From NCBI RefSeq assembly GCF_009914755.1, contig NC_060934.1: DNA of 64,000 nucleotides; one strand, written 5' to 3'. A program made the translations under genes and the position numbers. The stretch comes from the human T2T-CHM13v2.0 reference genome, Homo sapiens. A model generated the notes under the pieces. That model made no database searches. It had not been told where the DNA came from and worked only from the letters and a program-made list of their open reading frames with translations. Below, piece by piece: positions 39,716-52,542 of the stretch; the first letter of the stretch is position 1; each line of letters begins with the position of its first letter.

Positions 39716-41179
39716 ATTTGGGGAGATGTGCATTTTTATCTAAGTAATCAATAGCTCCTTAGATCAGTTAGTTTGCATTTGAGGAAACTGAGGAACTTAG
39801 GAGTGGAAGGATTAATCTAATCTATGAGCACCCAGTGAGTTAGTAGCAAAGCTAGCTCCTGAACCCAGCTCTCCTAGGCCAGGGCACCGCCCACCACAAT
39901 GCTCCAGCAGTATCAACCTTCATCTGGCCCTCAGAATCTGGCACTGGTGGTGCCAGGTGCACTTGACACTTGCTTTGCCCCGGGTTCACAGCTGCGAAGA
40001 GAGCCTGGGCTTCTTTCGGAGAAGTGGGAAGAGACTCAGAATTAATACTGGTAAGTCACACCGGAACCCTTATGTGCACATTATTGCCCCCCCATATATT
40101 CTAAAATAATCCCTGTAAATAATTATAAAAATAAATCTCAGGGACAAATTTTTTATTTCCAGGAACACATTTATTCATCATAATCTCTTCAGGGGTGGGA
40201 CAAATTGGAGCACTGAGTAGTGAATACAATTTGCAAATAGGCAATGTAAGTAGAGAGAAAATTAATATGTATTCCTTGATGCTCTAAAAGGAGAGGAAGA
40301 ACATTAATAGCCATTTCCTTGCAGACATAACTTTCAAAATGTTATTTCTGATCTATCAGCGTGAGGCTCCATATGAGGAAAATGGTTGCAACGTGACAAG
40401 AAGTGATTAGATGTGAAATGGCATCTTTCAGGTGCTCCTCTCAGCCTCCTTATCCTGTTTTTAGTGGGACATAGGAGGAGTCCTGTTTTCTTTTCTGGCC
40501 TGGGGTCACCTGCTTATTTGCTGGGTGACCTTGGGCAAGTCCCTTCTGCCCTTTAAGCCTCAGTTTCCCTCATCAGTAATTGGAGTAGATGATTTCTAAA
40601 GCAGTGAGTTTTGGATGATCATAAATCCAAATTATTTTGGGAGTACTTGAGAAAAATACAGATACTAGGGGACCACCTTAATGAACTGACTACCAAGTTC
40701 TATGTATTTTAATTGAGGGTGGGAGGAACCCTTCCCCAACTTCCAAGTGGCAGAACCTCTCCAAGTCAAGCTGGGATTCTGGAAAGGTGCTCCCACTGGA
40801 AATAGACAGTTGGGTGGGTTCTCTTTCCCTCTTGAAGGTCCAACGTGAGCCCCCCTCCTCCAAGTCAGCGATGACTTGCCTCCCATGCCCAGCCAAGGAC
40901 TTGGAGTTGCGGCGAGTTCCAGGTAAAATGGGAAATAAGATTTGTTTCTCATTGCTGTTTTCAGGATTTGTTAAAATAGTACTAAGAGATTAGCAGATAG
41001 TAGTTTTCATGGTAAATTCTCTATTCTGTGCCAATCTCCTCCTTTTTTGTTTTTAATTATAAAAGTAGTATACGCATGTTACCAAAACCACAGAAGAAAT
41101 GGAGTGAAAAGCAGAAGCTCCTTTCCCACTCCCACCTTCCTCAAACCCACTCCATTCTCCACAGCCAACTAATGTTTGC

Positions 41180-41278
41180 ATTTTACTTTATTTTTATTTT
41201 TCTAGCAAGAGAATCTTACTATGTTGCCCAGGCTGGTCTCAGTGCTAGATTACAGGTATGAGCCACCATGCTCAGTCC
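41180..41278 (-). mobile_element. Alu left-monomer (FLAM-like) fragment
   Basis: CTATGTTGCCCAGGCTGGTCTC...ATTACAGGTATGAGCCACCATGC. Confidence 0.75.
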
Positions 41279-41342
41279 TATTGTTTGCATTTTCACAGAG
41301 AAATAATGACAAAACCTTTTAAGACCTAAAGAGAAGGAAAAC

Positions 41343-41640
41343 AGCCATGTGCGGTGACTCATGCCCATAACCCCAGTACTTTGGGAGGCTGAGGTGGGTA
41401 GGTCGCTTGACCCCAGGAATTCAAGACCAGCCTGGCCAACATGACAAAATCCCATCTCTACAAAAAATACAAAAAAATTAGCCAGGTGTGGTGGTGAGTG
41501 CCTGTAGTCCCAGCTACTTGGGAGGGTGAGGCAGGAGGATCACCTGAGCCCTGGGGTCGAGGCTGTGGTGAGCTATGATTGCGCCACTACCCTCCAGCCT
41601 GGGACCCTGTCTCAAAAAAATAAAAATAAAAAAAAAGAGA
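41343..41640 (+). mobile_element. Alu (AluJ-like)
   Basis: Dimer; TSD-like AAAGAGAAGGAAAAC on both sides. Confidence 0.92.
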
Positions 41641-43084
41641 AGGAAAACTAGAGGCACTGAGAATAATAAATTAACATTTGTGGAATGAACACTCATCCTA
41701 GATATTATGATGGTATTTAATATATATTTTTAAAAATTCAGTTTGTTCTGATTGGGAAATACTGGAGGGGCTTTGGAGCACAGATCATCCTCAGTCCCCT
41801 CACATATGTGCAAGTACTTTGAAGAGGGCCCTGGAAACCTTTCTTCTTTCCTGCACTTCCTAGACTTTCTCCTTTAGGCTGAAAGGGGGCTGCTTCGGCA
41901 ACAAAGAGCATTTCATAAGCGGAGCATTTCTTAAGTAGACACCCCGCCTTTTTTTTTTTAAATTGAAATTTGAATGTGGTGAGTCTGAATTAGGGCCCAC
42001 GGCATGATTAATTACAGCAACCATCTTAACCTGCCCGGGGGCTGGGCCTGAAAGAAATGAGGCCAGGCTGAAGAGAAATACAGCTAAGGATAGTTAGGAA
42101 TGCTAACAAAACTTGGTTAACTGGCCCTGTTCTTCTCTCAGCTGCTAATGCACAGTTGGAAGATTTAAGGAATCAGTTCCTGTTTCACTGGTTCTGGCCG
42201 ACCCCAGAATCAACTCCCTTGATTGGAAATAAACAGGATCTTCCTTTTTGTCCCCAGGAATGTGATGGAGGAAGGACTCTAAGGCAAAGGGCCTCTTCTG
42301 CCAAAGCAGAATAATAATAACAATGATGACAATAGGAATAAAATATTGCCCTCTTCATCAAGGGCGATAAGAGAATGTCCAGTTGTATGAGTTGAACCTT
42401 GTTGCTCTCTATGTGCCCGTCAGAGCTCCAGAATTCACAGGCTCAGGGTGGTCAGCATAGGTTGGATTTGAACTTTCTGTTTTGTGGTCCTCCTGAGTGC
42501 ACTTGTACAAGCTGGGCTACGTGCTTCAATTTGGGGTTCAGAAAACAGGATCACAATGACAGCACTTCTTGCTGACACAGTGCTGTGAATGTCTGTGCAC
42601 AAGTCTGAGCGTCTCTCCTGAACAGTATTAGTCAGGGATGTCCCTAGTGCCTAGCACAAGGCCAGAAGCTGGGGCACAGCGGCTGTGAAGTAAGATGGGC
42701 AGGATAGGAAGCTAGCAGCTCACTTTCAATGAGTCATGGAGTGGGGTGAGAGGACCGTGACTGCATGAGCCCATATTTTACCTCAGTGCTCCTGGGGCTG
42801 GGGCAGAAAGAGCTGTGTTCAGGACGAAGCCCCTACAGGACTCGTCTGCTATGTTCACCCTTGTAAAGTCTTTGTATTCCGGAGGAATTATTTGTCTAAC
42901 TCCTAGGTCAGTCTTATCTCAGTGTTTTTTTTGTTTTGTTTTGTTTTTTGCTCTCTCCCCTCCCCGAGGGAGGGCTACATTATGGAGGAACTTTACTATT
43001 TCTGTTTAATCTTCCTTTTTGTTGGCAACAGTGATAAGGAGGTAGAAGGATGTTCCCCCTCCCGGCTTCCAATCTTCCTTGGTC

Positions 43085-43195
43085 CAGGGACACAGATTCT
43101 TTTTCTTTTCCTTTTACCTTTCTCCCTTCCCCCCTTCCTCCTTCTGTTCCTTCTATTCTCCTTTCCCCTCCTCCTTCTCCTTGTTCTTCTATTCT
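43085..43195. repeat. CT-rich low-complexity tract
   Basis: Polypyrimidine run. Confidence 0.8.
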
Positions 43196-43288
43196 GAAGA
43201 CTAACTCCAAAAGCTGAGGAGTAAGGACAGGTGAATCCAGTTTGTTTCTGCTGGTGTCCTCCCCCAACAACATTCAGGAAATTACTTC

Positions 43289-43645
43289 TGCTACGGTCTG
43301 AACATTTGTGTCCCTCCCAAATTCATATGTTGAAATCATAACCTCCAAGGTCTTAGGTGGAGCCTTGTGGGGGGTGATTAGATCATTGGCGTGGAGCCCT
43401 CAGGAATGGGATTAGTGCTGTTACAAATGAGGCCCACAGGAGCTAGCTTGTCCCTCCTACCATTTGAGGACACAGGAAGAAGGCCGTTGTCTGGGAACCA
43501 GAAAATGGGCCCTCACCACACACCAAATCGTGGGTGCCATGATCTTCAGCTTCCCAGCCTCCAGAACTGTGAAAAATAAATTTCTATTGTTTATAAGCAC
43601 CCAGTTTATGGCATTTTGTTACAGCAGTCCTAGTAGACTAAGACA
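43289..43645 (+). mobile_element. MLT1A-like solo LTR (ERVL-MaLR)
   Basis: TGCTACGGTCTGAAC...AAATTCATATGTTGAAATC...CCAGCCTCCAGAACTGTGAAAAATAAATTTC...GACTAAGACA; TSD ACTTC/ACTAC. Confidence 0.88.
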
Positions 43646-45399
43646 ACTACTTTGCTCAAGAACTTTCAATAGCTCCCTATTGTTATCAGTTTACAGTTCC
43701 AACACTAAAGCCCCCCTCCAACAGAGCTATCCTGATCTTAATTTTTGTGATTTCTGCACATGATCCTTCCCCACACCATCAACTGGCCTTCTTGATGTGT
43801 TCACCAAGCAGAGACAGCAGTAGGTGGGGAAGCATTTCCAGCTGAAACTAACAGCTTCTGTGAAGCCAGAGGACGGGAGAGCTGGGACAGGTGGCTGAAG
43901 AGGTAAGAATTGATGGGATTATAAGAGATCTTCAGGGACATACTAAAGATTCTGGACTGTATTAATTATTACTTGATTAGGAGCCATTGAAAGATTTTAG
44001 GTAGGATCTAATTGGGCTTTTAAAATGGTTGCCCTGGGGCTATGTGGAGGAGGCAACAGTAGTGAGAGGGTGTGGAAAGGGGGAAAGATGCCAGCCCACT
44101 TTGGTGACATTGGTAGTGTCTGCAGAACAGCCTATGCTCAGATGACCCAGCTGTGTATGGAGGCAGGGGGATGGATGAGATGACCTTCAGTAACCCCCTT
44201 CTGGTGGGGGAAGGGAGAGCCGTTCTCCAATCTCATCTTTGAGTCAGCTTGGGCCTGTTTCCACAAGTCCTCTTCCATCTGTCAAAGCCCTTCTAGGAAA
44301 GCTGAGCTGAAAGGCAGCTGCGGAGGGCAGAGTGCTGGCTGGGTCCGGGCTCACTTCCTCCTTTTCAGGCAGGAAAAGCAGACAAAAGTGCACAATGGAC
44401 CAGAGAGGGCGCGTCCAGCAGAGAAGGAGGGAGAAGGCGGGGGAGCTGGTCCTTGGGGCAACAGGCCTGGGAAGGTTCCCTTTGATCCCCTTATCTCTGG
44501 AGGGTAAGCTTTCTTTTTTGGCCTGCAGGACCTTTTGTTGCAGCATTTCCTGGAATCCCCCAAAGTAAACACAGTCAAGACTGCATTCTTACTGCTCTAC
44601 TCTTCTGAGCCTGCTCCTCCCAGCTGAGAGAGGGGCAGGAAGGTCAACCCTCCGAGATCAACACTGCTCATCAAAATGCTGACAAGGGCCCACCTAACAA
44701 TGTGTTAGGACCGGGGCTGTCTGAGAGACGATGCCAGTTAAGGCTGGGCTGGCTCTTAGCTGCAGCAAGAGTGGAAGATGACAACCAGTTGATATCTGGT
44801 AGCTCTGTGCATCCTGGACTTGGAGGCAAGAATAGGCAAGGAGAAAATCTGGATCCTTCCAGAGAATTTCAGAGAAAAACAGGCATGGGTTTAGGGAGTT
44901 ACCTGCCCACTGGGCCTACTTTCATCCAGACAGGAGGCCCGTGGCCAGCTCTTCCAGGTGGGGATGGGGTGGGTGGGGAACAGCGAATAACCCCACTGAT
45001 AACTTCAAGCCTCACAAATCTCTTGCCCTCTGAGGAGCAGGAGAAGAGAAGCCTGAAATTTGGGGTCACCAGCCAATTATCCTTCCCCAGGGTTTATTAT
45101 TGTCAACTCTTAGAGGCCACAGGGAAAGGGTGGGGTGGTCTTCACCAAGCCAGCGTTTTATTTATAGGGAAATTCAACCCCCCCAATCCCCCTCCCCTCC
45201 TACAAATGGAAACTGGGCCGCACCAGGAGTCCTTCAACCTTCTAACTTTCCCTCTCCCCAGCTTTGATGAGGAGGGGCGTTCAGCCAAGAGGCCCCTCCT
45301 CGCTGCAGTTGAGGTCCATTATGTAACCCAGCTTGCGAAATGCAGGAAAGGCCCGGCTGGCTACAGCCCGGCTAACGGCTCAGAAAGGGCGCCCCTGAT

Positions 45400-46110
45400 A
45401 GGAATACCCCCACCTCAGGCGTGGCCCAGACAAACGCGATAAAGCTGTGGGCATGGAGTTTTGGGCATTGGGACATCCGGGGGAGGGAGGGGCGCGGGCA
45501 GTCGGGGTCAGGCCGCCGTCGGGGCGCGGGGCGCTGCGGGCCACCTGTTGCAGCGGGCGGCCAGGGCTCACCTGCGCGGAGACCGGGCCGAGGGGCGGCG
45601 GCGGCGAGCGGCGGAGCTGAGGTCCCCGAGGCTAGCCCGCGCCTCCGGCTTCCGCCGGGTCAGCTGACTGCCCAGTGCGGAACTGTGCGCCCGCCGCGCT
45701 CCCCTGCCGCGCTCCCCGCTGCTGCCGCCGCGACCCCGCGCTCCGTCCCGCGCGCCCGCAGCGTCCTGGCCGCCATGGCCGGGCTCGTGGTGCGTGGAAC
45801 TCAAGTAAGTCCCGGCCAGCCCCGCCTCCGCCCGGGGCGCAGTCCGCGTGGGGAGGGACAGCGGGGCACAGAGGCTCCCCAGGGCCTAGACACCCCTGTC
45901 CCCGCCTCAGGGGGCTGCGTCTGCAGGGGGTGAGCTTCAGGTGCTCAGGCTCGCCCTAGTGGGGCTAGGACAGACCTCGTTTCGGGCCTGGCACACCCCC
46001 TTGATGTGCGGGAAGAACACCCGCAAGGTCTCCCGTTCTCCCCACTTCCTTCTGCCCTTAGCGCCTCACTGAGCAGGCCCAGCGGACACAGTGCTGACGG
46101 CCCCCGCTGC
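45400..46110 (+). promoter_or_regulatory. LRMDA: LRMDA CpG-island promoter / 5' UTR
   Basis: CpG-dense island with GC boxes surrounding the first coding exon. Confidence 0.85.
45775..45804 (+). CDS. LRMDA: Leucine-rich melanocyte differentiation-associated protein, coding exon 1 (MAGLVVRGTQ)
   Basis: Perfect Kozak GCCGCCATGG; consensus donor CAA|GTAAGT at 45805; joins exon 2 in frame. Confidence 0.93.
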
Positions 46111-46316
46111 TTTTGGGGGCCCACAGAAAATGTTCCAATTTCATAATCTGAATTTTAAAAACTTTTGGTCAAAGAATCCATTTTGATAAATCACATTGAT
46201 ATAGTCATCTTTATACCAATGCAGTTGTAATATACAAATTTACTTATTTGTAAATGGAGGAAGGGGTTTATGAAGGCAAAAGTGTCTAGGGTACCCAAAG
46301 TCCCAGCACATCCCTG
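46095..46316. mobile_element. MER53-like hAT DNA transposon
   Basis: GGGGCCCACAGAAAATG...CATCTTTATACCAATGCAG...TGGAGGAAGGGG...GAAGGCAAAAGTGTCTAGGG. Confidence 0.6.
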
Positions 46317-47589
46317 GAGATGAGGGTGCTGGTGGGCCCTGCGCTGAATGGGCTACGCCATAGCCAAAGGCTGATGGAAGGCCACCGACCTCCAGTTCTC
46401 TTTCCACACTCGATTTCTTGAACAGGAGTCTGTGATGAATGGCAACACGCCAGTTTCAATCCTGGGTGCCAGACACCCAGTCTCACATGCTTTGAGCTCT
46501 GTAGTGAAGCCTCAGGTGTTCATTGTTGGAGGGATGAACCCAGCCACTCTGGGACCAGGTGTCTTTCTTACCTGCTGGAAAAGCCAGTTCTCTGTCTTTA
46601 ACCTCTTCTCTGCTCTGATGAAGCCAGAGCCCTCTTACTTCCCACCTTTCCCTGCACACCCTGGAGAAATAGTTCTGAGTTTTTGAAGCTCTCCTCTTGG
46701 ATTGCCTAAGGCAGGTAGTGTCAGGCACAATTGGATTTTGAGATTACTTTGGGCTGAAGGGAATGATTCCTCCTTAGAGGAGATTCTAGGGGTTTTTACA
46801 GCTCCTACAGATGCAGTGAGGGCCAACTGTGCAGCCCATTAAACTAGCCGCTGCCTGTTTTCTTTTTTTCCAGAGTCCTGTCGTTTCATCAGGTACACAT
46901 GTTTATTGAGTGCCTACTGTATGCCAGGCACCATGCCAGGTGTTGTTGGAAATTAGCCTTTCCTTTGTCTCTGTGCACCCCCCATTTAACAGTTTTGTTG
47001 CTCAGGAATGCTGGCTCTGTCCCTTGACCCACAGCCTGGGAGGAGAGAGCTGGAGAAAGACCAGAGTTCAGAAGTGAGTTAACAGCCTGCGGAGAGGCTA
47101 AAAATGACGGGTCTTGTTCAGCCATCGGGGAAAGGGGCTTTTTTTTTCTGGGAGTTAATTTACTGCCTGGAGGGAGGGGCTGGACAAGAGGGTCTTTTCC
47201 TTCTCTTGGAGTATCTACCTAAGAAGGAGGGTTCCCTGCCCCCCAGACCCTAGGTCTCTCTGCGTTTCAGATTTGGTGTTCTCCCGGTGTACCTTGCTAC
47301 AAGTTCATGGGGCTGAGCACTTTCCTGTGCTTCCTTTCCCTTTGCTCTTCCTCCGTTTCCTAGATTCGATTTTTCCTGCAGCCCCTGTTCTTAGCCTACT
47401 CCAAACAGCCCAAGGGCATTCATGGAAGTGTGGGTGAGGCATTTTAGGCCCTTGGGGACTGTTTTATTAGACCGAGTTGCCTGGGGAGGAGCTAAGAAGG
47501 TAGGCTGGGAAAATGCCCCTGGAGTCTTAGTGCCCCATTTCCTAAACTGCCCAGGTTAGTGGATTTGAGTGTCTGGCCCCGGAGGTGGT

Positions 47590-47622
47590 TTTTTTGTTTG
47601 TTTGTTTGTTTGTTTGTTTTTT
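47590..47622. repeat. (TTTG)n microsatellite
   Basis: TTTTTGTTTGTTTGTTTGTTTGTTTGTTTT. Confidence 0.85.
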
Positions 47623-48637
47623 CTACATTCTGCTCCCAGCGATTTCTAATGGCGGCCGCTTTAAGAGGTAGCACCTTGGATGTGGGTAGCATGGAACAGT
47701 ACTTGTCAGACTTTAGTAGATCCTTCTTAAAGGGAGGAAAATAAAACCCGCAAAACTTCCCATGAGCCCATAGTGTGAATATAGTTTTTATTACAATGTT
47801 ACTCAAATATAAAAACATGAAGCCAGAGACAACTTTCCCATATCCAGAGACCTATAAATCCCAAATAAAGGGATGGTTTAAGTGCAAAGAAAAAAAAACC
47901 CTATGCAATTAAACAATTTAATGAGATGAATGCTGCGTGGCTTGAAGTTAGGTCACTGCTTTTAATGCCACTATGGGTTGACTGCTGTGGAGCTGGTTTT
48001 TAGGAGCTCCACAGGCCTATGATGCCACATGCCTGGGGATGTTGCAGTCTTCCTATTGCTTTTCTCTGCAAAAGGCTTTTCATTTGCCATGGGTCTGACT
48101 TCATTTGGCTTCTCTTGGCTTGAATGCATCATTTATGTTCAGCATTAAGTCATTTCTCTTTCCTCTAGCTTATGACAACGTAATACGATCGTAGACACAA
48201 ATACAAACTTGGAATTTGGGCACTGAAATCTTGCGCCCAAGAGATATTGGAATAATGAATCCCTTCTGTGGGGAGAGTGGTCTGATTCAACAGCTGTTTA
48301 ACAGAGTGGCCACTGGGTGCCAAGGACAGTGTTGTGCACTTTTAATATGTTAGCTCATCGCATTCCTGTAAGTACAATAGGGACGATAATATGCATGGGG
48401 CTGTTTCATGAGGATTGAATAGATAACAAGCACATGATAGGCATTTAATAAATGTTGGTTTTTACATTATTCTTAACACCTTTGGAGGAGTTAGTGTTAG
48501 CCCAGTTGCAGAAGAGGAAACAGACTCGAAGATGGTGACTCATCCGCGACAACACAGCTAGCAGTGGCAGTACCGGGAATCAGATTTGTACCTATGGTTG
48601 TTTCTACTCCGACAGCTTCCAGTACCACACATACACT

Positions 48638-48801
48638 TATTTATTTATGAATGAATGATAAGGTCTTGCTCTGTTGCCCAGGCTGACATGCAGTAGCGCA
48701 ATCATAGCTCACTGCAGCCTTGAACTCCTGAGCTCAGGCAGTCTTCCTGCCTCAGCCTCCTGAGTAGCTGGGAATACAGGTGTGCACCACTGTGCCCAGC
48801 T
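48638..48801 (-). mobile_element. Alu right-monomer (FRAM/AluJ-like)
   Basis: GGTCTTGCTCTGTTGCCCAGGCTG...CACCACTGTGCCCAGC. Confidence 0.85.
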
Positions 48802-49988
48802 CAGTATTACAAATTTAAAATCGAGGATCTCCCACCCCTGGCTAGGGGTAGGCATCAAAAAATAATCTCCTCAACATCTGACTGTTGACAAACTCATCAT
48901 CTCCAGAAATGCCCTGGGAGCCAGAGAGTCCCAACGCAAAGTGAAACCTGCAGTCTTCTGCAGTTTGGTTATTTTCTGCAGCTTCGGCTTGGAGGGATTG
49001 GGTGTGTACATAGGTGGGGACCCCTTCCAGACACTCTCCTTTCCCTTTCTAGTTTCTTCTCCGTAGGGGTCTTTAACTTGTTATATTTTCATTTGCCTGG
49101 TAATGGTGTCCCTTCCTGTTATTCCACACAGGGTGGAGGTCTTAGGGTACAAATTATAGAAAATAGAGAAATTATAAGTTTGAATCTTTGTTCCTCAATG
49201 CAGTCTAAGTCAAGGTAATTGACTAAATGCAATGGTGTTCTGGATATGCTCTTGCTTCTGTGCCATTTAAGATCTATTAATCTCTGTATCCCGTCTCCCT
49301 TTTGCTGAAGAAGCAAACTATTTTTGGTTTGGCTCTTCTGGCCTTGAATCTTACATTAGGTGGTCCTGTGCTCTAAGAAGCTTCCTGACATCCTGAGAGG
49401 TAATGTCTTCCCTCAGAAGCACTTCTTAAGTCTTTTTTCTAGTTTCAAGCATTGCTTGCAATGTCTGGCAGTGGCTGCTTGCTGCTTTTAAGCCTTTTCC
49501 AGCTGATTTGAGCCCTTCAGCCTGGTCGGCTTAACTCACATCTCTAAAAGCTTCTACTTTACCACAGGAGTTATCTAAGCATGCAGATTACTTATCGAGT
49601 TGGTTCTCATGCTAAACTTTTGAGACTTGGTCTTCACATTTGAGAACAGTGAGAACAACTTGTATTTTTCTTAGTCTTCCTGGGATGTTGTATAGTTAAG
49701 ACCATGTACTGAAACAGGCTGCTGACAGTCTCATCAGATGTTGTGAGTGATCCAAATGCTTTATGATAGCTCTCCTTGGTGCTCCTGTTTCCTTTGAATG
49801 GAATTCCTACAGAAGAAAAAGGGAAGCAAATATCCCTCTCTTTTCCCAGGCTCTAACACTCTTCTTGGGTCCTCAGTGTAGCACCGTGGGAGAAGTTCTT
49901 GCCCTTTCAGCTCAGAAGACTCATTTTGAAGCCAAAACATGATGATAGATGCACCACTGGCATTTGCTGATCAAGAAAACTCATGTCT

Positions 49989-50123
49989 GCCTGGTATGGT
50001 GGCTTGTATCTGCAATTCCAGCTATTTTAGGAGGCTGAGGCGAGGGGATTGTTTGAGTTCAGAGTTTGAGATCAGCCTGAGCAACACAGTGAAACCCCAT
50101 CTCTTTAAAAAAAAAAAAAAAAA
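49989..50123 (+). mobile_element. Alu left-monomer (FLAM-like)
   Basis: Single arm ending CCCCATCTCTTT plus poly-A. Confidence 0.8.
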
Positions 50124-50519
50124 AGAGAGAGAAATCTCACACCCACACATGGATTTGTAAGCACTCCATGGCCCCCAAGTTGGAAGTCCTTATTTATGGC
50201 ATAGGACTTGATCTGGGCTCTATCACTAAGAAGCTGTATTGTGCTGGGCAGGGCTCTGGAGTCTTAGTTTCCTTGTATAAAACATCAGAAGTTTTGACAA
50301 ACTGGGTGTCTATTAGATTTAGTCCTTGGCCATTCTAAGAGGAAAGAGCCCAGTTTCTGCATCTAAAACTCAACGTCTCTGCTATATATATCACAGAGGT
50401 CTTGACTGATAATATGTGCAAGACAGTAGTGCAGGCTGGGGTGAATGGGATGGATTTTCTGGTGAGCGCCATGGACCTGGGGTTCATTGTGAACGTACAA
50501 TACAGAAGAAGCTGCTGAA

Positions 50520-50816
<297 letters not shown>

Positions 50817-52441
50817 AAGAAGCTGCTGACTGAGCAGAGATCCTGAGGGAAATCGAAGTCCCCAGATAGAATAGGGCCTTATAGCCACAGTCTCTCTTTG
50901 GCATATGATTTCTGTCTCAGCTTGGAAGCAGAACTTAATTTATTACACAAGGAACTGTGAAGAAAGATGGACCCCAGGTAGAAAGAGGAGAGATTGCTAG
51001 ATTGAACTTAGAGTCCTTTATTTTTTAGCCTATATCTTCTTGAGTCAAAATTACTTTATTGGAGTCAGCTATTTTTCTATCCTTTCTCCTTATTTTCTCT
51101 CCTCCTAGAATGAAGTTACTGAAGGAGAGTGGATATAGGATATTGCATTGTCAGCAGTTTGTCCTCATTGGATAGGAGAAGGTTGAGAGATGACTGGAGA
51201 TGTTGAGGGTGTCAGGGTTCAGTGCAGCTTGTATTAGGTTGCACCATGTAAAAGAGCTATTTTGTGGTTCTAAAATGGTTGGATATTGGTAGTTCACATA
51301 GTTGAACCTAATATCTGAGGATGTAAGATGGCCACCATAGTCTTGTTTCCCATGAGGAAACACCCTCCTGGGGAGTCTCTCTCTCTCTCATTCTAAGAGA
51401 TCTTTGTCTATATGTGTGGAAGAATGTGATTTGTAGGGAAACCAGAAGAAGGTTATAGCTGTGTCTTGGGCTTGAATTTCAAGCTGGGGGTTGAGCATGT
51501 TGTATTTTAGGGAAACAGCATGCATTGTGGCCCACTGGTCAACTCGGCCTCATGGGTTTATTTTATGGTTTGAGGATTAGTTGCCAATCTGCCCACAGAG
51601 TGCTGTCTGTAAAAATGGGTTCCAAAAACTGGGTGATTAGGGTAGTGAGAAAGTCCACTGACCTTCTCACAGGTTCTGGAATCAGTTCAGATTCAGTTCA
51701 GTTCAGCTTTTTAATATTTGGGCACATACAGGTACTTAATAATAAATAATCTGTAATAAATAGAAGAATGCCCAAAGAAACAGCTTTGTGCACAGAGTGG
51801 GATTGACTGCCAAAGGGCCTCTGGAGGAGGGACATTCAGGAGCCCCGGACACACATTGTTGCCCTGTTGCCTTCAAATCAGCTTTGTTTGGGTGTGGAGG
51901 GCATTTTGTACACAGTGGCAACTGGATGGGATTTGTGGTCTGGGGAGGTTTTCTTTTCCAACCCTATTTGTTCCAGCACCCTGAAGGTTGGATGCTGGTA
52001 AGTGCATCTGCTGTGTCTTTTATGAGGTAATGTGCATACCAGGGTACTGGAGGGCAGTGGAGGAGAGGGAGAAGAAGGGGCAGAGGAGCAACTGTTGCAA
52101 AAGCCCCTGAGTGAGAGGGCGATTGTTGCGGTTATATCAATGTGCCCTGATATTCAGGTTTCTTTTGGACACCTGAATCTGGCCAATTTTAGTCCAATTT
52201 CCATTGTCCTGGGATTAGTCTTCATCATGTTAACTGCACCAGGAAAGGGGAGCTGTTGGTGGAGTCCTTGGAGCCCCCAAAGCTGATTTGATCAGGGAAA
52301 CAGTCACAAGTGTGGCCTTTTTGTGTGTGAGAAACATGTGTTTCAAGTTGCAGAAGCAATCATTGGATCAGTAATTTCAGGGTTGGGAGCAGCTGGGTGA
52401 TTTCCATTTGCCACATTGTTTCTGTTCCATTTAATTTCCAG

Positions 52442-52542
52442 GTGTCCTACATAGGCCAGGACTGCAGAGAAATTCCAGAGCACCTTGGCAGGGACTGTGG
52501 ACATTTCGCAAAGAGGCTTGATCTGAGCTTTAACCTTCTGAG
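52442..52542 (+). CDS. LRMDA: LRMDA coding exon 2 ([34 protein letters not shown]), start of the leucine-rich repeats; gene continues beyond the window
   Basis: Acceptor TTAATTTCCAG|GTG, donor AG|GTATGT, 101 nt; LRR signature LDLSFNLL. Confidence 0.93.

Noticed and set aside
44702-45933. 246-aa and 170-aa ORFs upstream of and over LRMDA exon 1
   Set aside because: Non-ATG starts and no recognisable homology; only MAGLVVRGTQ is backed by a Kozak context and a splice donor
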